Made by a program: the position numbers and the translations under genes
In this document: in pieces, positions 9,203 to 18,885 of the stretch
Layout: every line of letters begins with the position of its first letter
Position numbering within the stretch: position 1 is the stretch's first letter
Notes under the pieces: generated by a model
Seen by the model: only the letters and a program-made list of their open reading frames with translations
Told to the model about the DNA's origin: nothing
Databases searched by the model: none
Assembly (NCBI GenBank): GCA_014728525.1
Contig: WJLJ01000083.1
Span: 295-64,294 of the forward strand
Direction of reading: 5' to 3'
DNA: 64,000 bases
DNA from: Candidatus Babelota bacterium
Lineage (GTDB): Bacteria > Babelota > Babeliae > Babelales > UASB340

Positions 9203-9439
9203 AGCTGATTTTTAAATCTTTCGTATTTTTATAAGATAAATAAGGCTATCCAGACAATTACCATTCAAAGCTAAATAACAATTAATTATCTCGAAACAAT
9301 TAAACAACAAATTTTTACTAGTTTTAGAAGTTTTAAAATAAAAAGATTAAAACCTCTCCCCAATTTAGTATATACCCATTCATTTAAGGACTATAATTAT
9401 AAACTAAAATAAACAAAAAGTTAAACCTGCCCAATATTT

Positions 9440-10546
9440 TTAGCGTAAAAAGGCAATTAAGGCTTCTACAGCAATTAAAATGATTATTACCAAGGTTAAT
9501 ATTTCTTCATGAATAACATCTAATCTATCCTGATAAACTGAATATAAATCACGAATTATATCTAATTTTCTATTAATAGACACTTTCCACCCTCTAAGCC
9601 CCATTTTTTCTCTTAACATGGAAAAAACACGCAAATAATAAGCTTCTCCGGCCATTTTTATACTATTTTCCAATCTTTCGGTAATTACGGAAATATCAAC
9701 ACGTAATTGAGCCAACAAAGAAACGGGGGAATTAAAACGTTCACCTAGTAATGGAATATAAGAAGAAATTGGCACTTTATAAGATTGTTGTGCATAAAAA
9801 AAGTTTAATTTTTCATCTAAAAGTCTATCAAAATATTGTAATTCCAATTGTTGAATATTTGCAAACTCAAAAAATTCTAATGTTTCAAAATATTCAGAAT
9901 CATAAATAAAAGAACCTTCACTATCAATTATAATCATATCTTGACCTGAATAACCTGTAGTGGCAGATAAAATTTCTTTTTCTTGATATTCGGATAACTT
10001 AAATGTTTCTAATCTTAATAAAGAAGCAATTTTACCTCCATAATACTCTCGAAAATTTTCCGGGCTGATATCTTTTTGTTTAGGATCAACTTGAATAGCA
10101 AAATAAAAACCATCCAAATTAAAAAATCTTTGTTTTTTTATTGCAACCTTTATTCTATCAAAAGTTTTTTTAGCATCTTGATTTGCTCTACCATCAAATT
10201 CTTTTTTTATTTCTATCAATTTGGTTTTTAAATCATCCAATGAACTCGAAAATGGAATTTTATAATAAAAAGACAACGCACCAAAATGATGTAGTTTACT
10301 GGAAATACAAGGAGAATCCTGTGTTACATATTGTTCTCCCGTTCTGCCTTTTTCTGTTAAAGATTCGATATCAAAAAACAATGGTATATGATAATTTTTA
10401 AAATAAGAAGAAGAAGTAAATTCTTTTAGATTAACCAGTCTTTTCTTTTTTATCTTATTTAAATCTATTTCATCACCAACATCAAAGGCATAAAACAAAA
10501 AAATATTTCCCTCAAATTTTGTTGTTTGATCGAAGTTATTTTCCAT
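9440..10546 (-). CDS. Hypothetical protein with a C-terminal TM helix (possibly DUF155/RMD1-YagE-like)
   Basis: The C-terminus reads ...IHEEILTLVIIILIAVEALIAFLR. The family guess rests on overall architecture only. Confidence 0.5.
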   Translation of the reverse strand: MENNFDQTTKFEGNIFLFYAFDVGDEIDLNKIKKKRLVNLKEFTSSSYFKNYHIPLFFDIESLTEKGRTGEQYVTQDSPCISSKLHHFGALSFYYKIPFSSSLDDLKTKLIEIKKEFDGRANQDAKKTFDRIKVAIKKQRFFNLDGFYFAIQVDPKQKDISPENFREYYGGKIASLLRLETFKLSEYQEKEILSATTGYSGQDMIIIDSEGSFIYDSEYFETLEFFEFANIQQLELQYFDRLLDEKLNFFYAQQSYKVPISSYIPLLGERFNSPVSLLAQLRVDISVITERLENSIKMAGEAYYLRVFSMLREKMGLRGWKVSINRKLDIIRDLYSVYQDRLDVIHEEILTLVIIILIAVEALIAFLR

Positions 10547-11048
10547 AAAATTCCTTTTTTAAATCTAATTTATTATTCAAAAAATCTTGTATGTAAAAGC
10601 TCTTACATCCTGCAGCAATACCGGCATCAATATCACTAAGTTTATCACCAAACATCAATGATTTTTTTAAATCTATATTAAAATCCTTTGCTGCCTTATA
10701 AAGTAATCCCGGTTTAGGTTTTCTGCAATCACAATTAATTAAAAGCTCTTTCTTTATTGCCCGGGTTGGATGATGAGGACAAAAATAAAATTTTTCAAAG
10801 TAAACATTTTTCTTTAAAAAAAGTTTTTTTAAATAACCATGTGTTTTTATTACAAACTCCTGATCAAAAAAACCCCTTGCTATTCCTGATTGATTAGAAA
10901 CTACAAATAATTTATAGCCCTTTTTCTGTAAAACTTTACATATATTAAGAGATTCGGGAATTATCCTGATTTTATTTATATCATCAAGATAATTTTCATC
11001 TTCTATTAAAGTTCCATCTCTATCAAAAAAAGCAGCTTTTATCTTCAT
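10536..11048 (-). CDS. gmhB: D-glycero-D-manno-heptose 1,7-bisphosphate phosphatase (HAD-IIIA)
   Basis: Motifs AAFFDRDGTLIED, VVSNQSGIARG, CPHHP, CDCRKPKPG and GDKLSDIDAG. Confidence 0.8.
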   Translation of the reverse strand: MKIKAAFFDRDGTLIEDENYLDDINKIRIIPESLNICKVLQKKGYKLFVVSNQSGIARGFFDQEFVIKTHGYLKKLFLKKNVYFEKFYFCPHHPTRAIKKELLINCDCRKPKPGLLYKAAKDFNIDLKKSLMFGDKLSDIDAGIAAGCKSFYIQDFLNNKLDLKKEFYGK

Positions 11049-12760
11049 GCAGTATATTCTCTAAAATTTTTGTAATTTCTTAAAAATTTATATGCTATTT
11101 CTCTTGCAGGCTTAGAAGAACCGACATGTTCTACCAAAACAACTAAAGCTAAAGGATCCTCCTGTTTATATTTAAAGTATGCAGCTAACCATGCATGCTC
11201 TAAATGTCTTTTACTTTTTTTCTCAACAGTCAAACTGCTAGTTTGAGCCGTTCCTGTTTTTGCAAATACTTCAAAGCCCTCTATCCTACTTAAAATTTTA
11301 GCCGAACCTTGTTTAACAACACCGTGCATGGCATTTCTTAAAAATTTCAAAGTCTTTTCACTTATTTGCAGATCCGATGTTTTAATTTCTTCTTGTTGTA
11401 ATATTCTTGGTTTTACTAAATAACCGGAACAAATACTAGCAATCATTCGAACCATTTGTAACGGAGTAACTAAGGTATAACTCTGGCCTATAGCCACAGA
11501 TAAAGTTTCACCTTTCCACCAACGTTGACCTTTAGTTGCAACCTTCCATTCATAAGTCGGAACCAAGCCGGATTTTTCGGGCAATAAAAAACCGGTTTTT
11601 TTCCCTAACCCAAAACGATAAGCATAATCAGCCAACTCATTAATTTTTAATTCTTGTGCTATCTCTAAACAAGGGATATTACAAGAATATGCAAGAGCTA
11701 CTTTTGAATCTAATTTTCCATGCCCCCAGTGCCTTATACAATGATAACGCCTACCATGAAAATTTAAAAAGCCTTTACACATAAATTGCGTATCGGCTTC
11801 AATTACCTTTTCTTCCAAACCTGCTGCAAAAGTTATTAATTTAAAAATAGAAGCAGGAGGATAAACAGCGCTTGTAATTCTATTTAAAAAAACATTATTG
11901 CAAACAAATTTATTTTCCCACTCTTCTTTTGAAATAGGTCTTAAAAGAGCATTCGGATCAAATCCGGGAAAAGATACCAAAGAACGAATAGAACCATCTT
12001 TCGGATCCATCAAAATAAAAGCCCCGGCTTGACCTTTTTCAAATATGTTTTCAGCGATATATTGTAAATTTAAATCTATTGTTAATTTTAAATCGGATCC
12101 CTTTTTAGGCTGACAAAATTCAAGTTGATCTATTTTGCTTCCTTTTGAATTAATAACATTTAAAGCATAACCTGTTTGACCTTTTAATTGCTCTTGAAAC
12201 ATTTTTTCTAAACCCGAAAGCCCCTTAGTTGTATAATCTTCTATTTTTTTACTTAAATATCCTAAAATATGACTCGCCAATTTTTTATATGGATAAATTC
12301 TTAAAAAATCACTCTGAATTTTAATATTGCAAGACGCAGAACATTGCTCACTTATAAGGCATAACTGATTAAAATTTAAATCTTTTTTTAATAATACTTT
12401 TTTTGAATATATATTTGCAAAACGAATAGTCCCTATTTTATCATCTATCAAATTTATTTTTAAAATAGATTCAAGTTTTTTTAAAGTATCCTTTTGATCT
12501 TTAGTTATTCTTCTATCCCCATACCCAATCCAATATAAATTATAAACAGGCTTATTTGATGCTAATAAATAACCATTACAATCAACTATATTTCCACGTA
12601 AAGGAGGTATAATTCGGGTACGTAAAAAATTTTTTTTACCCAAATTAGTAAATTTATTATTATTTTTAACTTGAAGATAAACAAGTCGAAAAATAAATAC
12701 CAAAATAAAAATAAAAAAAATGAATAAAATTTTTATAATTTTATTATTTCTTCCTTGCAA
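11045..12760 (-). CDS. Class B penicillin-binding protein (PBP2/MrdA- or FtsI-like transpeptidase)
   Basis: N-terminal TM segment. Motifs ASIFKLIT (SxxK), SCN and KTGTAQ. The apparent start is TTG at 12760. Confidence 0.88.
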   Translation of the reverse strand: MQGRNNKIIKILFIFFIFILVFIFRLVYLQVKNNNKFTNLGKKNFLRTRIIPPLRGNIVDCNGYLLASNKPVYNLYWIGYGDRRITKDQKDTLKKLESILKINLIDDKIGTIRFANIYSKKVLLKKDLNFNQLCLISEQCSASCNIKIQSDFLRIYPYKKLASHILGYLSKKIEDYTTKGLSGLEKMFQEQLKGQTGYALNVINSKGSKIDQLEFCQPKKGSDLKLTIDLNLQYIAENIFEKGQAGAFILMDPKDGSIRSLVSFPGFDPNALLRPISKEEWENKFVCNNVFLNRITSAVYPPASIFKLITFAAGLEEKVIEADTQFMCKGFLNFHGRRYHCIRHWGHGKLDSKVALAYSCNIPCLEIAQELKINELADYAYRFGLGKKTGFLLPEKSGLVPTYEWKVATKGQRWWKGETLSVAIGQSYTLVTPLQMVRMIASICSGYLVKPRILQQEEIKTSDLQISEKTLKFLRNAMHGVVKQGSAKILSRIEGFEVFAKTGTAQTSSLTVEKKSKRHLEHAWLAAYFKYKQEDPLALVVLVEHVGSSKPAREIAYKFLRNYKNFREYTA

Positions 12761-12811
12761 AAAATGCTCTTTAATTTTTTACTCCCGCCAATAAAGTTTT
12801 ATAATTTTTTA

Positions 12812-13747
12812 TTACTTTACAGAAAAAATGTCATCCATATTATTTAAAGGATGTTTTTCATCACACATTTTTGCAAGTTCTGCAGAAGAAACATGCGTAT
12901 AAATTTCTGTTGTAGCAATATTTTTATGTCCTAATAATTCTTGTATCACCCTTAAGTCTACACCTTGATTTAAAAGATGAGTAGCAAAAGAATGCCTAAT
13001 TTTATGGGGAGTAAGTTTTCTTTCAATTTTTAAAAAACGTCTGAACATTTCAAAAATTCTTTGGACGGATCTTGGTGTTAATTTTGTTCCTAAATAATTT
13101 AAAAAAAGATATTCCGATTCTTTTTCTTTTAACAATTGAGGTCTTTCTTTTTCAAAATATGATTTTACGCTTCTTAAAGCCTTATCCCCAAATAAAACAA
13201 CTCTTTCTTTTTTACCTTTTCCAAATACCTTTACCGCTTTATTCTTAAAATCTATGCCGTTTAATTTTATATTAACCAATTCCGAACAACGTATTCCCGT
13301 TGCATAAATTAATTCAAATATGGCTTTATCTCTTAAAGGGTATTTGGTTGGTAAATCATCATCATTTATTTTATCAAGCAAATAAAAAATTTCATCAACT
13401 GATAAAGTTATCGGTAATTTTTTATCTATTTTGGGAGACTTAAAATTAAAATTTAATTTTTTCCCCGTAGATCTTAAATAATGAGAAAATGAACGTAAAC
13501 ATGAAAGTTTGCGAGCAAGAGTTGTTTTTGCTAATTTTTTATAAAATAAAGAAAGCACATATCTTCGCATAATATTATCAAAAGAAACCTTTTCTATCCT
13601 ATTTCTTTCTTTAGATTTTTTCCAAAAATTAACTAATTGATTTAAATCAGCAGAATAAGCTTTTAATGTATGTTCCGATACATTTTTTTCAACCTCCAAA
13701 AAAGTTAAAAAATCATTTATACTTTCTGTAAACTCTTTTAAATCCAC
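12812..13747 (-). CDS. Tyrosine recombinase, XerC/XerD family
   Basis: Motifs ATGIRCSEL, HKIRHSFATHLL and LLGHKNIATTEIYTHV. Confidence 0.88.
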   Translation of the reverse strand: MDLKEFTESINDFLTFLEVEKNVSEHTLKAYSADLNQLVNFWKKSKERNRIEKVSFDNIMRRYVLSLFYKKLAKTTLARKLSCLRSFSHYLRSTGKKLNFNFKSPKIDKKLPITLSVDEIFYLLDKINDDDLPTKYPLRDKAIFELIYATGIRCSELVNIKLNGIDFKNKAVKVFGKGKKERVVLFGDKALRSVKSYFEKERPQLLKEKESEYLFLNYLGTKLTPRSVQRIFEMFRRFLKIERKLTPHKIRHSFATHLLNQGVDLRVIQELLGHKNIATTEIYTHVSSAELAKMCDEKHPLNNMDDIFSVK

Positions 13748-13844
13748 TTTACAATACCTCCCGTTAAAATTTATTAAAGATTATAATAAACATTAAATTA
13801 TTTTTTATATAATCTGCAAGTTTAAAATTTTATGTGAATAAAAT

Positions 13845-14495
13845 ATGGCAATAGAAAAAATAATAAAAATATTAAGAAAAGAAACTAAAAATTTTAATCC
13901 AACATTAATTAAACAAATTATAATAAAACACAATAAAGATCCTTTTTTAATTTTAATATGCTGTTTATTAAGTTTAAGATCAAAAGATATTGTTACAATT
14001 AATGTATGTAATGATCTTATAAAAAAGGCCCAAACGCCAAAAGAAATCTTAAATATTCCTTTAAGAGAACTAGAAAAAATAATTTTTAAAATTGGATTCT
14101 ATAAAAATAAAGCAAAAGTACTACACAAAGTTAGCAAAGAAATTATAGAAAAATATGATGGAAAAGTTCCAAAAACAGAAATAGAACTTTTAGAGCTTCC
14201 CGGAGTGGGAAGAAAAACAGCAAATCTTGTTTTAGGATTAGCATTCAACAAACCTGCTATTTGCGTTGATATTCATGTTCACAGAATATCAAATAGACTT
14301 GGAATTATAAAAACCAAAACCCCGGAAAAAACAGAATTTGCATTAAAAAAAATTATACCTAAAAAATATTGGATTGAATGGAACGATCTACTTGTCCGCT
14401 GGGGACAGAATATCTGCACACCAATCTCTCCAAAATGCAGTCAATGCAAAATAAAAAAATATTGCAAACAAATAGGTGTAATTAAACATCGATAA
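13845..14495 (+). CDS. nth: Endonuclease III (DNA glycosylase/AP lyase)
   Basis: HhH motif LPGVGRKTANLVL. 4Fe-4S cluster motif CTPISPKCSQCKIKKYC. Confidence 0.9.
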   Translation: MAIEKIIKILRKETKNFNPTLIKQIIIKHNKDPFLILICCLLSLRSKDIVTINVCNDLIKKAQTPKEILNIPLRELEKIIFKIGFYKNKAKVLHKVSKEIIEKYDGKVPKTEIELLELPGVGRKTANLVLGLAFNKPAICVDIHVHRISNRLGIIKTKTPEKTEFALKKIIPKKYWIEWNDLLVRWGQNICTPISPKCSQCKIKKYCKQIGVIKHR

Positions 14496-14567
14496 CTCTT
14501 TAAAATTATGTAAACTTTATTCAGTTAGAACAAATATAGTAAGTTCGAGTCTAATAAGGTAAAACAA

Positions 14568-15812
14568 TTATTTATAAATCAACAATTCAGGATCTAGTAC
14601 AACATGCTTTATACTACTTTTATCCCCATTCTTATCAAATGTATATACTATATGAACCAAACCATCACTAGATTGAATAATAGATGGATAACAATTTTCT
14701 TTTCCCTCTATAGGTAAAGTATCTTCTAAAACAAAAATAGTTTTCCAGTTTTTTCCATTATCCCGACTAACGTCAAGAACAAGCTTACTTCTATCTCCAC
14801 ATTGCCCATTTTTTATACCATCGGGAAGTTCATTTCGTACTATTAAAATATTTCCATCCTTTAATTTAACGGAATCTATACCAGAACCATGAAGGCCGCC
14901 ACCGTTAACTAAATCTATTTCTTCTTTTACAGATCCCCAAGATTTGCCACCATCATTTGAAATTGAAGAAATAAGATACTTGGTACCTTTACCACGACAA
15001 ACAATTTTAATTTCTTCATTAGAACCATCCGCAAAAAAGCTTGCAGGCTGAATAATACCGGTAATATTTATGTACGGATATCTAGAACGAAAGTATTTAT
15101 AATTAGGATCTCTTCGGACTCTATTAAAATATGGAGTAGCTATATCTTTAGATCTTTTAACAGAAGATATTTTTGATGTGCCGGGAAAAAAATTAAATAT
15201 TTCCATCTTAACTACCCAATTAATTGGTAACCAACTAAAAGGATTTCCCTCAACAGATGAACCACATAAAATACTATTCTCATTTAAACGAATAGGTTTA
15301 CATCTTGTTGGTCCAACGGCCCCATTGTATTTAAATAAATCTTCTGCTTCAGTCCAAGTTTTTCCTCCATCATCAGATCTTTTTAAATATCCCTTCCATT
15401 CTCTTGGAGAATTACCAATTTTATAAAACAATAATATTGTGTCTTTATTAAACTTAAATAAAACCGGATTATAACAAGGTTTATTTTCTTCTCCCAAAAT
15501 CTCATTTGAATCTGCAACTATATATGGCTCTTTCCAAAACCATTCTCCATCTATTGCTTTACCGTGAGAAAGCCAAATTTTAACATCAGGTTCTCCTTCG
15601 CATGTTCCTCCAAAATACGCTACTATCAAATGATCTTTAGAAACTTCTGCAATTGTTGCAGCATGAACCCGTTTATGCTTTTTTGGCTGTGAAATAGGAG
15701 GCAATAATGTTTCTGATGAAACAACCCCTTTTCCCGAAATAAAATCTACATTAAATATAGAAACTACAATGAAAAAAATTATAAATCTTTTCTGTATTAA
15801 AAACTTAAACAT
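14568..15812 (-). CDS. Secreted sialidase-like BNR (Asp-box) beta-propeller glycosidase-family protein
   Basis: Signal peptide. HAATIAEVSKDHLIVAYFGGTCEGEPDVKIWLS resembles the BNR_2 sialidase-like family. Asp boxes: SDDGGKTW, SNDGGKSW, SRDNGKNW. Confidence 0.72.
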   Translation of the reverse strand: MFKFLIQKRFIIFFIVVSIFNVDFISGKGVVSSETLLPPISQPKKHKRVHAATIAEVSKDHLIVAYFGGTCEGEPDVKIWLSHGKAIDGEWFWKEPYIVADSNEILGEENKPCYNPVLFKFNKDTILLFYKIGNSPREWKGYLKRSDDGGKTWTEAEDLFKYNGAVGPTRCKPIRLNENSILCGSSVEGNPFSWLPINWVVKMEIFNFFPGTSKISSVKRSKDIATPYFNRVRRDPNYKYFRSRYPYINITGIIQPASFFADGSNEEIKIVCRGKGTKYLISSISNDGGKSWGSVKEEIDLVNGGGLHGSGIDSVKLKDGNILIVRNELPDGIKNGQCGDRSKLVLDVSRDNGKNWKTIFVLEDTLPIEGKENCYPSIIQSSDGLVHIVYTFDKNGDKSSIKHVVLDPELLIYK

Positions 15813-15952
15813 ACTATAATCCTAAATTATTATTACAATAAAATTACAACTATATCATTTAATAAATGATATAGTAAAATTCAGCATAATCAAAATGCTA
15901 TAAAATTATAAATCAAATTTAATAGATTTGGTTCTGAATATGTTCCATCTTA

Positions 15953-15988
15953 GCCCTGTACACCAAAGTTCCGGTGGACACGGCCAGG
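15953..15988. other. Isolated GC-rich two-tier hairpin (tRNA-minihelix-like) in an AT-rich spacer
   Basis: GCCCTGT a CACC aaagttcc GGTG g ACACGGC cagg. The outer stem pairs 6 of 7 and the inner stem 4 of 4. It shares CACGGCCAG with the tRNA-Arg relic at 38092..38100. Confidence 0.3.
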
Positions 15989-16025
15989 AATTATAAAAAA
16001 CATTCTTTATTTCAATTAACTTAGC

Positions 16026-17384
16026 TTAATCCAAATCAAAGGATTCTAAATATTTTGGCACAACTGTGTTCCAATCAAATCGTTCTTCAATTTTACTTTT
16101 CAAAGATAATGCAGATTCATGCTCGCCGTGGGTAACAAAAACTTTTTCAATTTTATTTTCAAAATATGAAAGCCATTGAAGAATTTCATTATAATCAGCA
16201 TGTGCAGAAAAATAGTCTAGTTTTTTTATTTCAGCATTAACTTTAAAATTTTTACCATGTATCATGATCCTCTTTTCACCATTAACTAAATCTCTACCAC
16301 GTGTTTCTTCTGCTTGATACCCAACAAAGAGAATTGTATTTTTAGAATCTGAAATAAAATGTTTTAAGTGATGTAATACTCGACCACCTGTAACCATGCC
16401 GCTTCCTGCAATAATTATCGAAGAGCCTTCATGCGCATCAATCTTTTTGGACTCTTCAACCGAACGGGTATACTTAGCAATACGACATATATGATGACAT
16501 AATTCATCTGATAATTTATGTTCATCCTTAAACTTACAAAGTAAATCTGTAACATCTATTGCCATAGGACTATCTAAAAAAATAGGAATATCAGGAATTG
16601 CATTATTCTTTTTTAATTCATAAAGACAATAAAGAACGGTTTGAGTTCTTCCTACAGCAAAAGCAGGAATAATAATTTTTCCACCTTTTTTAACAGTTCT
16701 ATTTATAATTTTACCCATTTCTTTTACAGGATCTTCTTTTTTGTGAAGCCTATCTCCATAAGTTGACTCTAATACAAGAAAGTCTGTTTTTTTTAGATGA
16801 GTTGGATCCTTCATTATAAGCTGATTAGGTCTGCTCAGATCCCCTGAAAAAGTAATTTTTTTATTTCCATCAGATATCACAACAAATGACGAACCAAGAA
16901 TATGATGAGAAGGAATAAGAGTAATACTTGGAAAAGAACCAATACTAAAACTTTTTTCAAAATCAACAACTTCAAATGATTTTAGTGATTTTTCAGCATC
17001 TTTTAAAGTATATAAAGGCAAGGCCGGGCGGTGTGAAGAATAGCCATATTTATTTGCTGCTTTTGCATCTTCTTCTTGTAAAGAGCCGCTATCAGGTAAC
17101 AATATAGAACACAATTCAAGTGTTGCTTTGGAACAATAGATTTTACCCTTAAAACCATTCTTAACAAATGCCGGAATGTAGCCTGAGTGATCTATATGTG
17201 CATGTGTTAGAATAACTGCGTCAATACTTTCTGGTTTTATTGGAAACTTATCCCAATTTCGCCTTCTAATTTCTTTGGTTCCTTGAAATAATCCACAATC
17301 AACTAAAATTTTTGTATTCTCTTGTTCTAGAAGATACTTTGATCCGGTTACATTTTCAGCTGCACCTAAAAAAGTTATTTTCAT
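16026..17384 (-). CDS. Metallo-beta-lactamase / beta-CASP family RNA-processing nuclease
   Basis: HAHIDHSG motif and 452 aa. The C-terminal part has the layout of a beta-CASP RNA-specificity domain. Confidence 0.85.
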   Translation of the reverse strand: MKITFLGAAENVTGSKYLLEQENTKILVDCGLFQGTKEIRRRNWDKFPIKPESIDAVILTHAHIDHSGYIPAFVKNGFKGKIYCSKATLELCSILLPDSGSLQEEDAKAANKYGYSSHRPALPLYTLKDAEKSLKSFEVVDFEKSFSIGSFPSITLIPSHHILGSSFVVISDGNKKITFSGDLSRPNQLIMKDPTHLKKTDFLVLESTYGDRLHKKEDPVKEMGKIINRTVKKGGKIIIPAFAVGRTQTVLYCLYELKKNNAIPDIPIFLDSPMAIDVTDLLCKFKDEHKLSDELCHHICRIAKYTRSVEESKKIDAHEGSSIIIAGSGMVTGGRVLHHLKHFISDSKNTILFVGYQAEETRGRDLVNGEKRIMIHGKNFKVNAEIKKLDYFSAHADYNEILQWLSYFENKIEKVFVTHGEHESALSLKSKIEERFDWNTVVPKYLESFDLD

Positions 17385-17500
17385 TATTAAACTCCAAACA
17401 CTAATCTTATTTTTTTATATATTTACTGAAATATTAAATCTTAGACTTAGTTTAAAAAAATACTATCGATATTGTATACAATATTAGATCTAAAAAATAA

Positions 17501-17530
17501 TTCCCAAGAAGAATAATGTCTTCTTGGGAA
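17501..17530 (-). terminator. Intrinsic terminator downstream of the 67-aa gene
   Basis: TTCCCAAGAAGA ataatg TCTTCTTGGGAA forms a perfect 12-bp stem. A T-rich tract follows it on the minus strand. Confidence 0.6.
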
Positions 17531-17640
17531 TTAAAAGTTTATAAAAAAAATTATTTATTTATAAATAACGCTAATTAAACTTATATATAAAAAATTTTAA
17601 ATTATACAAATTAAACAAAATGTTTTTCAAAAAAAATAAC

Positions 17641-17844
17641 TTATTTCTTTTTTCTTAACATTGGAAGACCCGTACGCTTATTTTCCATAACTTCATATCC
17701 AGCCGGAATTGCATCAAGAGAGTTGCTACCTGCCTCACCTGCAAAATAATAAATTTTTTGTTTACGATTACCTTTAAGCTTTACTTCCTTTGTATGTAAA
17801 TAATATGTTTTACCGCTTTTTTTTGATTTTACACTAAATGCCAT
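17641..17844 (-). CDS. Small basic conserved hypothetical protein (67 aa)
   Basis: GGAG RBS. The sequence KSGKTYYLH...IYYFAGE...IPAGYEVMENKRTGLPMLRKKK resembles a widespread small-protein family of unknown function. Confidence 0.6.
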   Translation of the reverse strand: MAFSVKSKKSGKTYYLHTKEVKLKGNRKQKIYYFAGEAGSNSLDAIPAGYEVMENKRTGLPMLRKKK

Positions 17845-18141
17845 AGTATATCTCCTTAAAAATAATATTTTACTCTTTATAAGTCAGTGTAAACCATGTT
17901 AATACATTAAATAAAAAAAAGTCCAGCTTTTCTGTTTTTTATTAATCTTGAAATCATGCTGTAGTAATAAATTCTAAGCTAATAAATCAGATAATGTATA
18001 ATTGGCCATCACAAAAAAGATTATTTTTAAAAAACATGGAATTATTTTTAAAGTCATATTATTGAACTAAAAATAATATTTCATTAAAATATTATAATAT
18101 TAAAACTTATAAAAATACCATGAACTAAATGAGTAAAATTT

Positions 18142-18510
18142 ATGATTATAAAACTATCCTTAATGCATAAATATTTCGAAAATATTAAATCTGGTAAAAA
18201 AACTATTGAGGGAAGATTAAATAAAGAAAAATATCAAAAATTAAAAATAAATGACAAAATAGAATTTAAATCAAATAAAACAAATGAAAAAATTATTTGT
18301 AAAATAACTCACATAAATAAATATTCTAACTTTAAAACAATGTTAATAAATGAAGGTATAAATAATATGTTACCTAAAATAAATAATTTAAAAGAAGCAA
18401 TAAAAATATATGAATCTATTCCCGGATATAAAGAAAATGTAAAAAAATATGGCACAATTGCCATAGGAATAAAAATAAAAGCAAACAGCAATACTCAACT
18501 TGAAATATAG
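18142..18510 (+). CDS. ASCH (PUA-like) domain protein
   Basis: MHKYFENIKSGKKTIEGRLNKEKYQKLKINDKIEF is a typical ASCH N-terminus. Confidence 0.65.
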   Translation: MIIKLSLMHKYFENIKSGKKTIEGRLNKEKYQKLKINDKIEFKSNKTNEKIICKITHINKYSNFKTMLINEGINNMLPKINNLKEAIKIYESIPGYKENVKKYGTIAIGIKIKANSNTQLEI

Positions 18511-18663
18511 AAAATTCTTGTAATAGAAAAAATATTAAAACTTAATTTAATATTTTTTTTATACTTTTTTAATAATCTTGAAAAAAGGATTAAAAATATA
18601 TAACCTTTTTTTTGGTGTTCTTTTTTTATTTCACATAATTTTTAATTTATAAAGGAGATAAAA

Positions 18664-18825
18664 ATGAAAAAATTTTTATTCTTATTAGTTTTAGCTGCAA
18701 TTTCAACTTCAGTATTTGCAACAGAAAATAAAGAAAAAAAAGAAGAAGAAACAGTAAAAACTGAAGAAGTTGTTGAAACAGAAATCGTTGAAACAGAAGT
18801 TGTAGAAAATATTCTCGATAAATAA
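18664..18825 (+). CDS. Small secreted acidic peptide (53 aa); absent from the ORF track, which lists only the antisense ORF
   Basis: AAGGAGA sits 7 nt upstream of the ATG. Sequence: MKKFLFLLVLAAISTSVFA|TENKEKKEEETVKTEEVVETEIVETEVVENILDK. A strong terminator follows immediately. Confidence 0.6.
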   Translation: MKKFLFLLVLAAISTSVFATENKEKKEEETVKTEEVVETEIVETEVVENILDK

Positions 18826-18832
18826 TTATCAT

Positions 18833-18871
18833 AAAAAAACCCTGAGTATTTTTTACTCAGGGTTTTTTTTT
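18833..18871. terminator. Bidirectional intrinsic terminator between the small ORF (+) and thrS (-)
   Basis: A-run, then CCCTGAGTA ttttt TACTCAGGG, then a T9 run. Confidence 0.8.
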
Positions 18872-18885
18872 ATCTAAATAAAATA

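Noticed and set aside
14543-14551. GTTCGAGTC, a T-loop-like 9-mer downstream of nth and not far from the Xer recombinase gene; I considered it as a tRNA fragment or att site
   Set aside because: The flanking bases cannot form a T stem or an acceptor stem, and no repeat partner was found in the window.
18647-18832. Listed 61-aa minus-strand ORF
   Set aside because: It is low-complexity L/F/Q sequence antisense to a better-supported plus-strand small ORF that has an RBS, a signal peptide and a terminator.
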